Made by a program: the position numbers and the translations under genes | Notes under the pieces: generated by a model | What the model was told of the DNA's origin: nothing | Seen by the model: the letters and a program-made list of their open reading frames with translations, nothing else | The model's database searches: none | Part shown: in pieces, positions 48,534 through 63,109 of the stretch | How the letters are laid out: each line of letters begins with the position of its first letter | Numbering within the stretch: position 1 is the first letter of the stretch | Assembly: GCF_009914755.1 (NCBI RefSeq) | Contig: NC_060926.1 | DNA from: the human T2T-CHM13v2.0 reference genome, Homo sapiens | Length of the DNA stretch: 64,000 nt | Reading direction: 5' to 3' (one strand)

Positions 48534-49175
48534 AAAAAGAATATGTGGTTTTAATGTGCTTTGATGAGTACTGCCAAACTTACTCCACAGAAAAGGCCTC
48601 TTTCTGAACATCCTCGCCTGCGTTCTATTTCACCCACCGTGATGCCTGGCCTGAGGGCGGCGTGCTTGCTTGTAGCATTTCTTGAGGATTTGCTACTTGT
48701 TCACCTGCCTCTTAGGAGCACTGTGCCCTGCCTCCATGGAAGGGCTCTTCCGGCAGGGATGCAGGCTCACAGCGCCCTGGGGCTGGACACCACCGGCCGG
48801 AGCATGGCGGACAGCACACACGGCCCGGGGCGGGAACCTTGGAAACTTTACACAGATGGGGAGCTCAGCCATTCCACGTGTGCTTTCGCTCAGCACAATG
48901 CTTACTACAAACCCACGTGTACTTCCTTCCAGCTGGTTGCTTTTTATTGTTGCTGTCTTAAACTCCAAAGTTTTAAGGTGAATTTATTGAAACGTACGAA
49001 AATGCTCAGTTCATACAGGCTTCCAGGTGAACAAACTGTTGTAACCAGCACGTGGGTAAAAGGCAAGTTCCACATCACCCGACGTGGAAGCTCCCCGATG
49101 CCCACGTGCGCCCTACCCTGTGACCCTCTCCCATCCAGGGCCCTGATGCCCACATGCGCCCTACCCTGCCTGTGA

Positions 49176-49716
<541 letters not shown>

Positions 49717-50296
49717 AACATGTTTGGCTTTAAGAGGAACTGCCATACCCGTCTTCCCAGGTGGGGACCAGCCCAGTCAGCAGCAGGAACACCTATTCCC
49801 TCTTGACTCTTCCCGTTATCTCCTGCCACTCAGGTGACTGGGGTGGCTCCTCCCACTCAACGCCCCTCCCTCCTCCTCCTCCAGCCGAGGCCTCCGCCCG
49901 CACCCCCCACCACCCAACTCAGCTCGTCATAACTCACAGGCCGGGTCCAGGGTGCCAGGAATGCCACTGAGGCTGGCAGAGTCCTAAAAGGGAGTGGCAG
50001 GTGCTGCTCCACAAGGACGGTTGTCCACCCTCAATGAGGGCTGCAGGGCAACTGCTGACTGTCTGGCAGCCAGAGGACAGGGACAGGCAGCCACCCTCTT
50101 GCCATGACCACACCTGGGTCTCCCTCAATGTGGCTCCCGAGGGGCCGTTGAACACAGTGTTGAGAACTGCTGAGAAAATCACACCAAAGACGAACTACCC
50201 ACAGATGCCAGTCACCACTCCAGGGTGACGAGAAAGAGAACACACAGGCGGCAGCGTGACAAAATGAGTCCCAGCATGCTACATCTGGTTTCGGGT

Positions 50297-50302
50297 TTTA
50301 TT
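50297..50302 (-). terminator. HDLBP: HDLBP distal poly(A) signal
   Basis: tttatt (AATAAA on minus) in an AT-rich stretch about 2.3 kb past the stop; GT-rich minus-strand sequence downstream. Confidence 0.7.
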
Positions 50303-52229
50303 TTAGAATTTATAAAATTCCAGTGTCATCCATATTCATGAGCCTTTACACATGTTTGCATATAATCTCCAAATTCCAAAGTTAAGGCCAAGGGATGGAT
50401 TGTAGCTATGGAAACAGATGATATGGAAGACATCCAACAAGGAGGAAAAGCACACGCACGCCTCACCCCTGCCTCATCTCTGCCCAGGGCTGTCCTGACA
50501 GCACAGACGCTTCAGGGAGACAGGCCTGGGGACAGTCATGTCATCACCCTTGCAACAACCACCCAAAGGAAAAGAGAGCGCTGAACAGTTTAGGAAAGGG
50601 CTCGCGTCTAAGACATCAAGCGACATACAGAGATGTGCAAAACTTGGTGAGAATTAAAATTGACCTTTGGGAGAGGGTAGGGGCAGGATGTTTTATGACA
50701 CTGTAGAAAAGACAGGAGGAACCCGCTGCGATGGAGATTGGGGGGAGCTGGAAGCAAGCAGCCAACAGGACAGAGTTCCAGAACTCATGCAGATGGGGAA
50801 GAGGTGACAGCCCTTCCCCACTGGCCTCCCCCGTGGAGGTGGAGTAGACAGATCCCGGGAAAGGCAGGAAAAGGGCCTTGCTTTCTTTCCCTGTTTCCTA
50901 AGCCGTGGTCACCCTAGCCTATGAAGCTGGAAGCTATATTCCTTCCAATCCCAATTTACCATTCCTGTAAACAGGCCCATTCAGGGCTGCCTGAGCAAAT
51001 GGGGACTTGCCGAGGCAGCTGCAACTAGACTTGGGCTAAGCCGTCTGGGTCTACTCAAGAATTCGAGTCTGAAGATGACCAAGCTTGAGTTATTCAACTG
51101 AGAGTGAGGTGTCAAGGCGGAAGCGACTGTCCCCAGGGAAGGGCTGTGAGATGGATGGGCGTGAGTCAGCTTTTCCAAAACTCAAGTACCTGGGACAGGA
51201 CAACTCGCTAGCAGCTCAGTCACCTCCGTGGCGGACACAGATAAGGATGTTAAGACCAGAAAACCAGAGACTAGGGCCCCGTCCTCAGCCCTCACAGCAT
51301 GACACAGATGCCTCCCTCGGAGAGCAGGGTCTCTCGGCATCCAGCGGCGTGGTCTGCATTCTGCTCTACCTCATGCTCTAGGCCCCATGCCATCGTCTCG
51401 GCCCTAGACCGTGAAAACTGCCAGTCACCCGGGACCTGCTCCTAGGGGCTGGCCTGCACAGCCGGATGGCCTGTGGGCGGGGTGGAAGTGCCCACTCCCA
51501 CTCCAGATGGGCCTGCTGGCCACTGACCCACCTGTGCTGAGGGAGAGCGCCAGCCTCCAGCTTAGGTACACGGCGCCCACCCCCAGCTCCACGGGAAACC
51601 CATAACCACCAGAAACATCTCAATCAAGAGACGGGTGTGTGGGGTGGCACTAACTGCACAGAGACCACTCCACGCCGGCTGAGGTAGAAAGAAGGCAACT
51701 GAACACACAGCAGCTAGGGCAGGGGCAGGGAGGGGCTGCAGGTGGTGTGAAGAAGAGCCCAGCTGTCATCTAAGGCAAACTGCCCCCACTGAGGACAAGC
51801 GTAAGGCCCTACCTCCCCCAACCTGTGCGCATCTCAATCACAGCAGACACTGTGACGGCCACAGGGGACCCAGATGGTGCCTACCACCTTGCCTCCAGGC
51901 TCCACTCACCAGACCTCAGGCTGAGGGTCTGGCAGTGGAGGTAGGGGCAGGGACCCTTGGTGCTTTCAGACCCCACGGCAGGTAAAATCAGGACTGCCTG
52001 AGAACCCGTCACCCTCTGCCTCTCAGGTCACCCCCCAGCTCCAGGAACCTGCCTCCTGCTGTCCATTGCCAGGTCTTCCTTGCACCCTGACACCTATGCT
52101 GAGGCGCTCTGGCAGCTGGAGGAGGCTGATTGCACTCCACAAACAGGACTGTCTGGACCAAGGGAAACTGGCAGGAGGGAGGTGGGAAAGGAAGAGGGCA
52201 AACGTTTGGCTTTTATAAAGTCAAGGACG

Positions 52230-52235
52230 TTTATT
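52230..52235 (-). terminator. HDLBP: HDLBP proximal poly(A) signal
   Basis: tttatt (AATAAA on minus) about 360 nt past the stop, followed on minus by a T-rich tract. Confidence 0.75.
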
Positions 52236-52593
52236 TCCTGAGGTCATGACACAGGAAGTGGAATCCTAGCCACGGCTGCGGAGCTCTCGTGATGAAGGCC
52301 AGAGTGCTGACTGACATGCCGGGTGGACCAGGAGCTGGAGTCTGTTATCTTAGCACGAATGCTCATGACCTTGGTTTAGTGTTAAACAGTGGAGCAGGTC
52401 CTGAGCGGGCACGGCCAGGCCTGGAGGAGCGGCCGCACACACAGCCAGGCGCTAGGCTCCCTGCGGGACCTCGGGAAGGGGGAAGAGCGTCAACAATTTA
52501 CGGAGGGTCCAGCCGCTGGGTCAGATTGAGACAAACCATTGTGTGGTTGGGTTTGGGTCAGCAGGCTGGAGAGGGTTCTGTTCTTTTTGATCA

Positions 52594-52680
52594 TTATCGT
52601 TTGGGGCCCCAAGGGAGGGTCTTGGGAGCCACCTGAGCCCCAAAGCTGGGAAATTCCTCAGAGCTGCTCATGTCAGGAGC
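52594..52680 (-). CDS. HDLBP: HDLBP last coding exon
   Basis: gcacag|APDMSSSEEFPSFGAQVAPKTLPWGPKR-TAA. Confidence 0.96.
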   Translation of the reverse strand, partial: APDMSSSEEFPSFGAQVAPKTLPWGPKR

Positions 52681-52825
52681 CTGTGCAGAGAGAGGACACG
52701 GCTTCAGGAGGGGATGCTCCCCAACTCGCAAGCAGCTTCCGACGCAGTTGCCACCCTCAGGACACCAAGCCCGCCTGCCCGCCCACCCTCCCTGGGACCC
52801 AGGAGGGCAGAAGCCCGCATCTGAC

Positions 52826-52954
52826 CTTCTCACTGCTGCTGGCGGTCCAGGGTGCGTCCCGCACCACAAAGCCTCTGGAAGGTGCCTTGGCCTCTTCGTG
52901 TGCTGGGGGTTTCATGTATACCTGCAGCGCCTCACTGTCCACCACGTCAGCTAG
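52826..52954 (-). CDS. HDLBP: HDLBP exon (2nd from last)
   Basis: ctgcag|LADVVDSEALQVYMKPP...TASSSEK|gtcaga. Confidence 0.95.
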
Positions 52955-53145
52955 CTGCAGGCAGAAGACAGGAAGACAGGGTCAGTCTGCCCAGCACCCC
53001 CAGCATCCCGCCCGCCTGCTCACCCCTGCACCTCGCCTGCCTCTGGAAACACAAGTGCCACCTTGTCCCCTGAAGCTCCTGGCTGGGCCTCAGGCCGGTG
53101 GACGTGCCAGGGCGCCTCAGGGCTCCAAGGCCCACAGAGACTCAC

Positions 53146-53262
53146 GTATTCCTCCTCCAGATTGAGGATGTGGTCGATGGCTTCCTCCACATTCTCTGGG
53201 AGCCCCGTCACAGTGACGCAGTTGGGGTCTGGGGCTCCGCTCTGTGGGAAGCGAATGTCCAC
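53146..53262 (-). CDS. HDLBP: HDLBP exon (3rd from last)
   Basis: ttccag|VDIRFPQSGAPDPNCVTVTGLPENVEEAIDHILNLEEEY|gtgagt. Confidence 0.96.
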
Positions 53263-53751
53263 CTGGAAGGGGTGTACAACGTCAGATGAGGGGACTCCAA
53301 GCGAGGAAAAGGGTTAAAATTATGTGTCAATTTCTAGTGAAGCATTTTCTGAGTTAGCAAACGTTTTAAAATCTGGTTTCAGAGTTGTTCTGAAGTCAGT
53401 CAGCCTCATCACCACACCAAGTTAGGTGTATCTCAGGAGCACCTTGTTCCCAGCAGACAGAGGGCCGCAGCACGTACTGTGCGCTCTTGCATGAAATTCC
53501 CACCCACAGAGGACGAGCTCGCCAGGCAGCTGTCAAGGAGATGCCCTCCTAATGGCCACCGTGGCAGTGCAGCCTCACACAGGCCGTCGCCTGCACTGAC
53601 CCGTGGTGTCCATGAGGACAGTTCCACTGCCAGCCCTGGGGTTGTGGCCTCATCATCTTGAGGGGAAGGCCATGCCCTGCTCTTTCTTCTGGCCAGCCAG
53701 GTGCCCCCGGTGAGAGAGGATTCTCACCCACTGTGCTTCCAGCCGGCTCAC

Positions 53752-53937
53752 CTTGAATTCGTCCATGATTTTGCGAATGGCTTTGCCGCGGGCACCAATG
53801 ATGCGGGCGTGAACGCGGTGGTCCAGCGGGACGTCCTCAGAAACCATCTGCTCAAGTTCACCCACAATTCTCAGTATAGCATCCCTGGCAGCTTCTGTGT
53901 TCTTTTCGTACCCTGTGATGGTAATTTGGTCCTGGGG
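53752..53937 (-). CDS. HDLBP: HDLBP exon (4th from last)
   Basis: ttttag|PQDQITITGYEKNTEAARD...IIGARGKAIRKIMDEFK|gtgagc. Confidence 0.95.
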
Positions 53938-54094
53938 CTAAAAAAGGAGAATGTAGTCAGAAAAGGGGATGCCTTACTGGGATTCCCGTCAGGGGCAAGA
54001 GCCGGCCCCCACTGCTGAGGAAAACAGCTCAGGAGAGAAGATGGAAAGCAACGTCACGGCTGATTTAAAACAAGAGGTTAACAATGTCCACTCA

Positions 54095-55815
<1,721 letters not shown>

Positions 55816-56811
55816 AGAACTAAACTCTCAAGATCAAGACTAAAAATTAAAAAATGTATGTGGGGAGGGAAGAGGACGTGGGAGCTGGAGGAGGCAGGGT
55901 GCAGGAGGGCCCTCCTGGCCTGGCTGGTGTGTGTGTGACTCAAAGATCCAAAAGGGAACAAGAAGCTGGGGAGGAAGAAGGGGAAGGGGAAGGGGAAGCA
56001 GCGGAAAACCCTGGGCGGCACATCCACAGTGGGAGCGAGGGGCGTGGAGGGGCTCTGCTGCCAGGGGGTCTGCTGTTTCTGGAAACCAGCACAACTGTGG
56101 CCACCAAGGCTTGCTAGTCTCCCACTGTGGGCAAAGCTGTGCTGGACACGCCTAGGAAGCAGACACCCCAGCAGGATGCCAGAGCCAGGAAAGACCAAGC
56201 CTGGGAAGTGTGTGCAAGAGGGGGTGTTGGGTGAGGCTGCCCTGCATGCCAGGTGGCAGGGCCCAGAGAGGGGATGGGGCTGCCTTTCATTTTGTTCTGA
56301 GTGAAGCAGGAGGCCATGAGGGCCAGTGGCAGGGGGGTGGCACTGCAATTTGGAGGAAGTAACAACAAGAGTTTACTAAGGACCATCTGGCAAGCACAAC
56401 GGTGTTTGCAGCTGGGGCTGCAGAGAAATGTCCACCTGACCCCAAGAGGCCCAGGTGACAGGTGAATGAGAGCCCTTGGGAGCCTCAGAGAGGCCCGGGT
56501 GACAGGTGAATGAGCTACACCTGGAGGCGCCACTGATCAAGGACCCAGCTGGAGCTCCTGCTCATTTTCTGGAAGGAGACGCAGGAGAAAATGCTCCAGG
56601 CCCCAGATGATACATAGTGCCAGAGACCTCACCCATCTGGCAAGTACCGAGACACAGCCCAAACCTCAAGCCAGAATTAGGTCCTGAGAGACTTGCCACT
56701 CTCAACTTGGCCCTCGAACCCCCATCTAGGCACATCTGGTTACTGCTCCCAAGTCACAGGAAAGGTCAACAAGCACCTCTGCCCCCGACACGCTCCAACC
56801 GAGGCTCTCAC

Positions 56812-56955
56812 CTGGTTCCCATCGTCCTTATCAGGAAACTGGATGTTCACGTCATGCTCCAACCGGATTTGGGTAATTACTGCCCCCTTTCTCCCGATAA
56901 TCTTGGGATGGTATTTGGGGTCTACAGTGACACTCAGCTTAAAACTCCTTAAAGC
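56812..56955 (-). CDS. HDLBP: HDLBP exon (5th from last)
   Basis: ttgtag|ALRSFKLSVTVDPKYHPKIIGRKGAVITQIRLEHDVNIQFPDKDDGNQ|gtgaga. Confidence 0.95.
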
Positions 56956-58112
56956 CTACAAATGAAAGGAGCAAGAATGAGGCAAAGATTGAGCTGATCC
57001 ACCCTGTGACTCCATTCCCCTTCCACCCTGGTCATAGGACACTGGAGATGCTGCAGTGTTCTGTAACCCGTGGTCCGGAATGGTCCGCCATCTCTCTGGT
57101 CCGACCTCTGCCACCTTCCATTATCTGCTAATAATGAGAACCAGGGAACTTGGCTGCTCCACAAGGAGGTCTATAAATCCTTCAAAAGAGGGCTTGGGAC
57201 CACTTGCGAGGATCGTGCTCAGGAACTGACAGAGCTAGGCAGTGAGTCACGAGCTTGGGGCCCCGCTCTCCTCATTTGTCAAACAGGGATCTGATGGATA
57301 CGCACAGAAATGCTCTGGATCTTTTTAGGACTGGGGCAGATGCAGACCAAGAAGAGGGGGCAGCCACAGCCCCTGAACACCCATGGCCAAAGGCTACAGG
57401 TATGACCTGGCTGCAGGAGACAACCCAGAGTCCACGCAGGGGTACACTGACACCATGTGAGGTTCACGAGCTCCACCCCATTCACCAGACTCAACGTGCT
57501 CACGGGAGGAGTGGAAAGCCAACCCCCTTAGCAAACCAGCACCCCAGCACAGTCTGCTCCAAGTTCCAGAACCCCTGCTCCTGTCTGCAGCACTCTGCTC
57601 ACACAATCCTCCAAATGTCAGCCCTGCCAGAGGCTGGGCGTCTGCAGCGCTCCGCTCATACAATCCTTCAAACGTCAGCCTTGCCAGAGGTTGGGGGGGT
57701 TTCATCCCTGCTTACCAGGAAGTCATTCGCCCTTTGACCACCCTGTGCTAGAGGTTAGTGGGGGTCCCCGATGCTCGTCCTCACTGCATAGCACATGCTT
57801 GGGGGCCTCTCGCAACCTTGACCTTTCTTGTAGGTCTGAGGTACCACTCTGATTTGGTTTTGAGAGAAACTGCAAATTTACACGGAAGTCCAACTTTGTC
57901 ACTTTTTTATGAAAAAGAGAAAGGTGCCATGCTCTTGGCTAGTTCCACAGCAAGACCCCTGGATGCTGACTGCGTCCTGGCACTGCCTGCATCTCACCTC
58001 CAGCCAGATGTCGCTGGGATGCTGGGATCCTGAAGAACTTCCCTAGATTCTGACATGTGCCCAAAGCTGAGCACCATGGCTCTGGGCAGTGCCCCGGCCA
58101 CCTCCTGCTCAC

Positions 58113-58247
58113 CCGGTCCTCCTGCTCGGCCTGTAGCTCCTTCACACGCTCCAGCAGTCCAGCCTTGGCCCGGTCCAAATTTGCAGCGAGGCCCGTGATG
58201 GCGATGATGTCAGACTGCAGCTCAGGTGCCGGGACATGTATGTTCAC
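58113..58247 (-). CDS. HDLBP: HDLBP exon (6th from last)
   Basis: acgtag|VNIHVPAPELQSDIIAITG...QAEQEDR|gtgagc. Confidence 0.95.
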
Positions 58248-58481
58248 CTACGTGAAGAGGGGGCTGACTTGACGTTCAGGACCCCAGAGAACAGGAAAGA
58301 GTCCATTGGCCCTGGGACCCAGAAGTGGTGAGAGGGAAGGCCACCCGCCGTGAAGGGAAGTCAGTGCCCAGTCCGAGCAGGAGGAGGCAGAGTCAACAGG
58401 AAGTTGAGAAAGGACACTGGCACTCGGGAGAGGATGCGACAGGCCACTCCTGTGACATGGCCTCCCGGGAAAGGGGTCTAC

Positions 58482-58586
58482 CTCAAACTCATCCATCATC
58501 TTGCGGATCCCACTTCCTTTCTGCCCAATAACGTAACGGTGAAGGTCAAAGGGCACCTCTACTTCAATGGTGACAGGAACCAATGC
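58482..58586 (-). CDS. HDLBP: HDLBP exon (7th from last)
   Basis: ctgcag|ALVPVTIEVEVPFDLHRYVIGQKGSGIRKMMDEFE|gtagac. Confidence 0.95.
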
Positions 58587-58880
58587 CTGCAGGGAGGATG
58601 GTCATGGTTAGGCCGTGGGAGCTGAGAGCAGAGTGACGTTGTAAGCTCAGCAATGGGGCTCCACGAAACACAAGGCAAACAGCCCTATGACAACAGCAAT
58701 GTGCCCCACCCGACAATGCCACCAGGACCTTTAACTCAATAGAAAAGAATAGGAAAAGATTTGCATTAGGCTAATGCTGGCAGACAGAAATTCCAGACCC
58801 TTCATCCCAAGCCTACCCTCCTGAATTACAGCAGCCCCTTCAGGCCCACGTAGGAGGAGAGGCCCTGACTCCTGGCACAT

Positions 58881-59048
58881 CCTTGGGGTCATGACGGCTT
58901 TGACCGACGCCCATGAGGTGCCACAAGGGACTCTCGGACCACTACTCACCTTCCCTGCCCTGTCCCTTGGGATCAGGACGGCTTTGGCTAATGCCCACGA
59001 GGTGCCACAAGGGACTCTCAGACCGCTGCTCACCTTCCCTGCCCTGTC
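58881..59048. repeat. 84-bp tandem duplication
   Basis: ccttggg...gaggtgccacaagggactctc...ctcaccttccctgccctgtc present twice. Confidence 0.9.
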
Positions 59049-59606
59049 TCCCCCACCGCCCTTCACCTCCAGAACCTGCTTTCTTGCCACAGCATTTACC
59101 ATCACTTGCCACAGGATATATCTGCGTTGACTGCTTGTCTCTCCACGGCAACGTGAGAACTATTTTTGTGTGCTGTGGCACCGCAGCACTGAGAGCAGCA
59201 TCCAGTACGCAGGTGGCACTCGACACTGACTCCACACAAGGTGAGCTAGGCCTGATAACCCCACTCACGCGGGGGGAGACGTTGCAACTGGAGGTCACAT
59301 TCATCCCCCTGCAGCTGAGACCCTTCCACAGCCCCCGCACCCACCGTGGGCCTGAGAGGCCGGATCCCATGCAGCTGTCCCAGAAAGGGGCTATAGAACC
59401 CCGAGCCTTGGTGAAGGGAAGTGGCCTCCCCAAACTCTGTGTCCAGCCGAGAAGCACAGCCCGTGCGCACACGGTAGGAGCAAGAGGGCTACCTCCACTG
59501 CCACTGCCGCTTGGGCAACCGTCCATCCCATCCAGGCCACGCGTCTCCCCAGGTGCCTGCTGACTGGGCCTTGGCGGGGGGTGGAGGGGGGCACATGGAC
59601 ACATAC

Positions 59607-59761
59607 CTCCAGAGCTTCCTTGGCAGCCTCACACTTTTCTTTCCGGCCAGAGATGATGATGATGTCACACCTCCTTGGAGAGCCGGGGTCACAATCTTTA
59701 GCCTCTCTCCCCTCCCCAGCTTCGTCCCCATTCTCCTGGACAACTGGCTCTGTACTGTGAA
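59607..59761 (-). CDS. HDLBP: HDLBP exon (8th from last)
   Basis: ctgtag|TT HSTEPVVQENGDEAG...CEAAKEALE|gtatgt. Confidence 0.95.
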
Positions 59762-61635
59762 CTACAGAGAAAGGGGAAAAGGGACAGCTGACAGCTGCTG
59801 GAAGAGACCCCACACCTTGTTCAGAATGCATATGTCTGTGAGGCACCTGCTGGGTGCTGGGTGGTAAAAGGGAGGGAAAACCACTCCTGTCCTTCAGGAG
59901 GTCTTGGTCTGGTCAGGGAGAGCAGATAGGACGTCCCCACAGCAGCCTCAAAGAGGGCTCCCAGACCTTGGGGGGGGGGGGCGGCAATGAAGGCTTTGCC
60001 GGGAGGCCGTGAGCTCTGTGTCTCCCTTCTTCACCTTGAAGATGAAGCTAACAGCAACTAACTACAGCAGAGGCTTCAGTGAGATCAGATGAGTTAGTTC
60101 ATGGGAGGAACACAGGGCAGGCCCACTGCACAAGTGAGGCTTGACTGTGAGGCAGGGCTCATCAGGGAAGGCGGCCAGCACGCAGCCCCACCCAGGAGAG
60201 GCAGTGGGAAGGGGGGTGAGAGGTCTAGGGGAGACAGAAAGGGCAAGGCCAAGGTAAACCTGTGCCAGCTCCTTATGCCAGAAAGCGAGAGCCCCAGAAG
60301 TGAAGAGGCGTGTGAACAGGACACAGAAGACAGCTGGAGGGGCTCCTACAGGCCACACTGGGACACCGCGTGTGTACCAAAATAGACACCACAACAATAA
60401 GTGTCACAAAACAGACACAACAATAATTATCACTAAGACAGAACCCAGGAGGTGTGTGATGTAAATAAATGAGCAGGAGACCAGACAGACGCCTGCCTGA
60501 AATCAAGGGTGATCCTAGGATGGGGAAGTAGGTGTTTCTGAAGGAGAAAAACTGGCAAATTTGAATACCGACAACATATTAGATACTACTGTTATATAAT
60601 GTTAAATCCGATTCCGATAAATGTGCTAGAATTATGTAAGAGAATGTCCTTGTTCTAAGAAAATACCCACCATGAATAAAGGGACATGTCTAAAAATGAC
60701 ATTCAGAAAAAAAACGTGTGTAAAAGGGGAGAAGTTGAGAAAAGAAACTGGTGCCACAGGATGTGTCTTTATACTATTCTGTGAAATTCTATCAAAATCA
60801 AAGTTTTAAATAACCACTGAAGTGTAAAACATAGACGGAGTGCAGTATGAGTTTATTAGTTTCCTACTCAAAACACCCTGTATTCTCAGGAAAACAAAGG
60901 GGCTTGAATGGCTGTGTGTGACATGCTTCCTGGATGCCCAGAGAGATGACACTATGTGCACTCAGCAGGCTGCAGGGCCACCTGCCGCCCAAACAGCTCA
61001 ACCAAGACTGATAACACAGAGTGGAGGGCGGGCATCTGATAACACAGAGTGGAGGGCATACCTTTTGTTTCACAAATGCAGAGCAAGTGAGAGAGAGGCA
61101 ACCGACCCGCATCCCACAGGTCGCCTCCCCACCACCAGGTGCATGAGCAGAGCTGGGGGCAAGCATGGTACGGGGAACTGAATGCCCTCCTAGAACTGCC
61201 GGCCACTTGGATGGTGCCCTCTGGCCAGCCAGAGGCTGCAGCTGCCTGCCTCACAGGGGACACCCCACAGTGATGGGAGATGTGGAGGAGGAAGCTCTAC
61301 GACGGGGCTCATGCGATCCAAACGATGTCATGAGAATCACTGGGACTGAACTCGGGACACCCGAGGATGAGGCTGCACGCTCCTCATCGCCTTGGGACTG
61401 GCTACCTTGTGTGTCTCTAGGACCTATGAAGGTCACCTGGTCACTCTGTCAGTAACTGACGTGGTCCATCTTTTAAAGGCCAGGGAGTGACCCTGAACCT
61501 CTGGAAGCCCCCAGAATACATAGATGGTTTTCCAGCAGAGACAGGAAAGAGCCTCACCAGTATGTGCGACAGCCCCGCCTCTCACATGGGAGGCGCCACT
61601 ATTAACAAGCAGAGCAGGGCTAATGGGGGACCCAC

Positions 61636-61774
61636 CTGCGTTCTCCTCTCTGTCTGGGAATTTAATTTGAACACTGAAATCCCGAGTAATCTGCTGGATT
61701 CTGGAACCTTTGGGGCCCATGACAGATCGATGGAATTTCTGGGGTATAGCACATTCTAATGTCACCTGAGCTTC
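61636..61774 (-). CDS. HDLBP: HDLBP exon (9th from last)
   Basis: ctccag|EAQVTLECAIPQKFHRSVMGPKGSRIQQITRDFSVQIKFPDREENA G|gtgggt. Confidence 0.96.
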
Positions 61775-62588
61775 CTGGAGGGAGGTACACAAAGAAAAAA
61801 GAAAAGAGCAAAGATTAAATTCCTTAGGGCAAGTTTTACAGCACTCTTCACACCACCTTCCTCCCTGTCCTCTACAGCCACTTGGCACAGATGCTCCCCT
61901 TCTCCCGAGTCCAGGGCTCCAGGCGCAGGGAGGAGGGAGGTAGCAGGACAGGTCTAAGGGGGTGGGCCTCCTCTGAAATGTGTCCCAGAAGGCCAGGTGC
62001 CATCCCTGGAGGGTGGCCAATTCAGCCAAAGGAGTGGGACCTCCTGGGGTAGCCTCTGACTCCATGAGGAGGCATCAGACTTGATTATTAGGGAAAGGGA
62101 ATCCAAGGCCCTGGCAGGGGAGTGGCCTGGAGGGGACACTCTCTAAAGACTGCTTCTAAAGACCACGTCTTCTCATGACTTCCCATGGATTCACGTGGAT
62201 GCCCTCAAATCGATTTTCTTTCCTTCACAGAGGGGAGAAGAGAGCTGACCCCTTAGACTGCATTTTCATTTTTCCTGATCCCTTATACAGAATGCATTTT
62301 CTTTCTTTCTCTTGCTTTCTTTCCTCTCTCTCTCTCCCCTCTCCTCTTCTCCTTCTCTCTCTCTTTTTTTTTTTAAGTGCTTCTCGCAGGCAGAATTCTC
62401 ACCAACTATCAGGAAGGAGGCCAGACAGGCTGAGGAAAGAAGAGCGAGCACCAGAAAGCCCCTTCTGAAGCCTTCCAGGGCTGTATGAGGGAGTCACCTC
62501 CCTACAGGGTGGAGCGAACACTCATACACGGCTTCGGTGAGTGGCCACTGGGGGGTGAGAACCCCTCCCCGAGCACCCAAGTGCCTAC

Positions 62589-62807
62589 CAGGTCCTCAAT
62601 GATCTCCTGAATGCGTTTCTTGGCTGCCTCCACACAGTCCTTGGCGCCCTTGAGGGTGACTTTGTCGCTCTGTGTGCCAGAGCGTGGGAAGCTGACCATC
62701 ACCCCGCCATACTCTTCAGCAATCTCCCGCAAGACCTGGCCTCTGCGGATGACGAAGTGGCGGTGGTGCTTGGGGTCCACCAGCATGGAGTCTTCCACCA
62801 CATTATC
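62589..62807 (-). CDS. HDLBP: HDLBP exon (10th from last)
   Basis: ctgcag|DNVVEDSMLVDPKHHRHFVIRRG...IQEIIEDL|gtaggc. Confidence 0.96.
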
Positions 62808-62887
62808 CTGCAGTGTTAAGAAGAGATGGAAGATAAGCCACCCCATCACGGCCCCAGCAGAGTCGGCCGCCGAGGCCCGCTCCCTAC

Positions 62888-63109
62888 CAGGTTTTGGATC
62901 AAGGCCTCCAGCTCCTTCTGTGCCTCTCGGACGGCGTCCTCCTTTCCAATGATGGTGATCAGGTCCTGGTCCTTGTCCTCAGCCGCAGGGAAGATGACAC
63001 GTGCTCCAGTGCTGTCGCGCACCTTGCGAATTTTGCCGCCCCCCTTGCCGATGAGGAATTTGTGGTATTCTGGCTTGGCGCGGATGTCAACAGTGAAACT
63101 CTTGGTTTG
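62888..63109 (-). CDS. HDLBP: HDLBP exon (11th from last)
   Basis: ctgcag|QTKSFTVDIRAKPEYHKFLIGKGGGKIRKVRD...EALIQNL|gtaggg. Confidence 0.96.

Noticed and set aside
48561-49175. 204-aa ORF downstream of ANO7
   Set aside because: No recognisable homology, promoter or splice context, and it ends in a tandem duplication. PhyloCSF or Ribo-seq support would be needed.
62735-62760. KH domain with IRRG instead of a GxxG loop, a possible mutation
   Set aside because: Vigilin is known to include degenerate KH domains and the frame is intact; no reason to call it a variant
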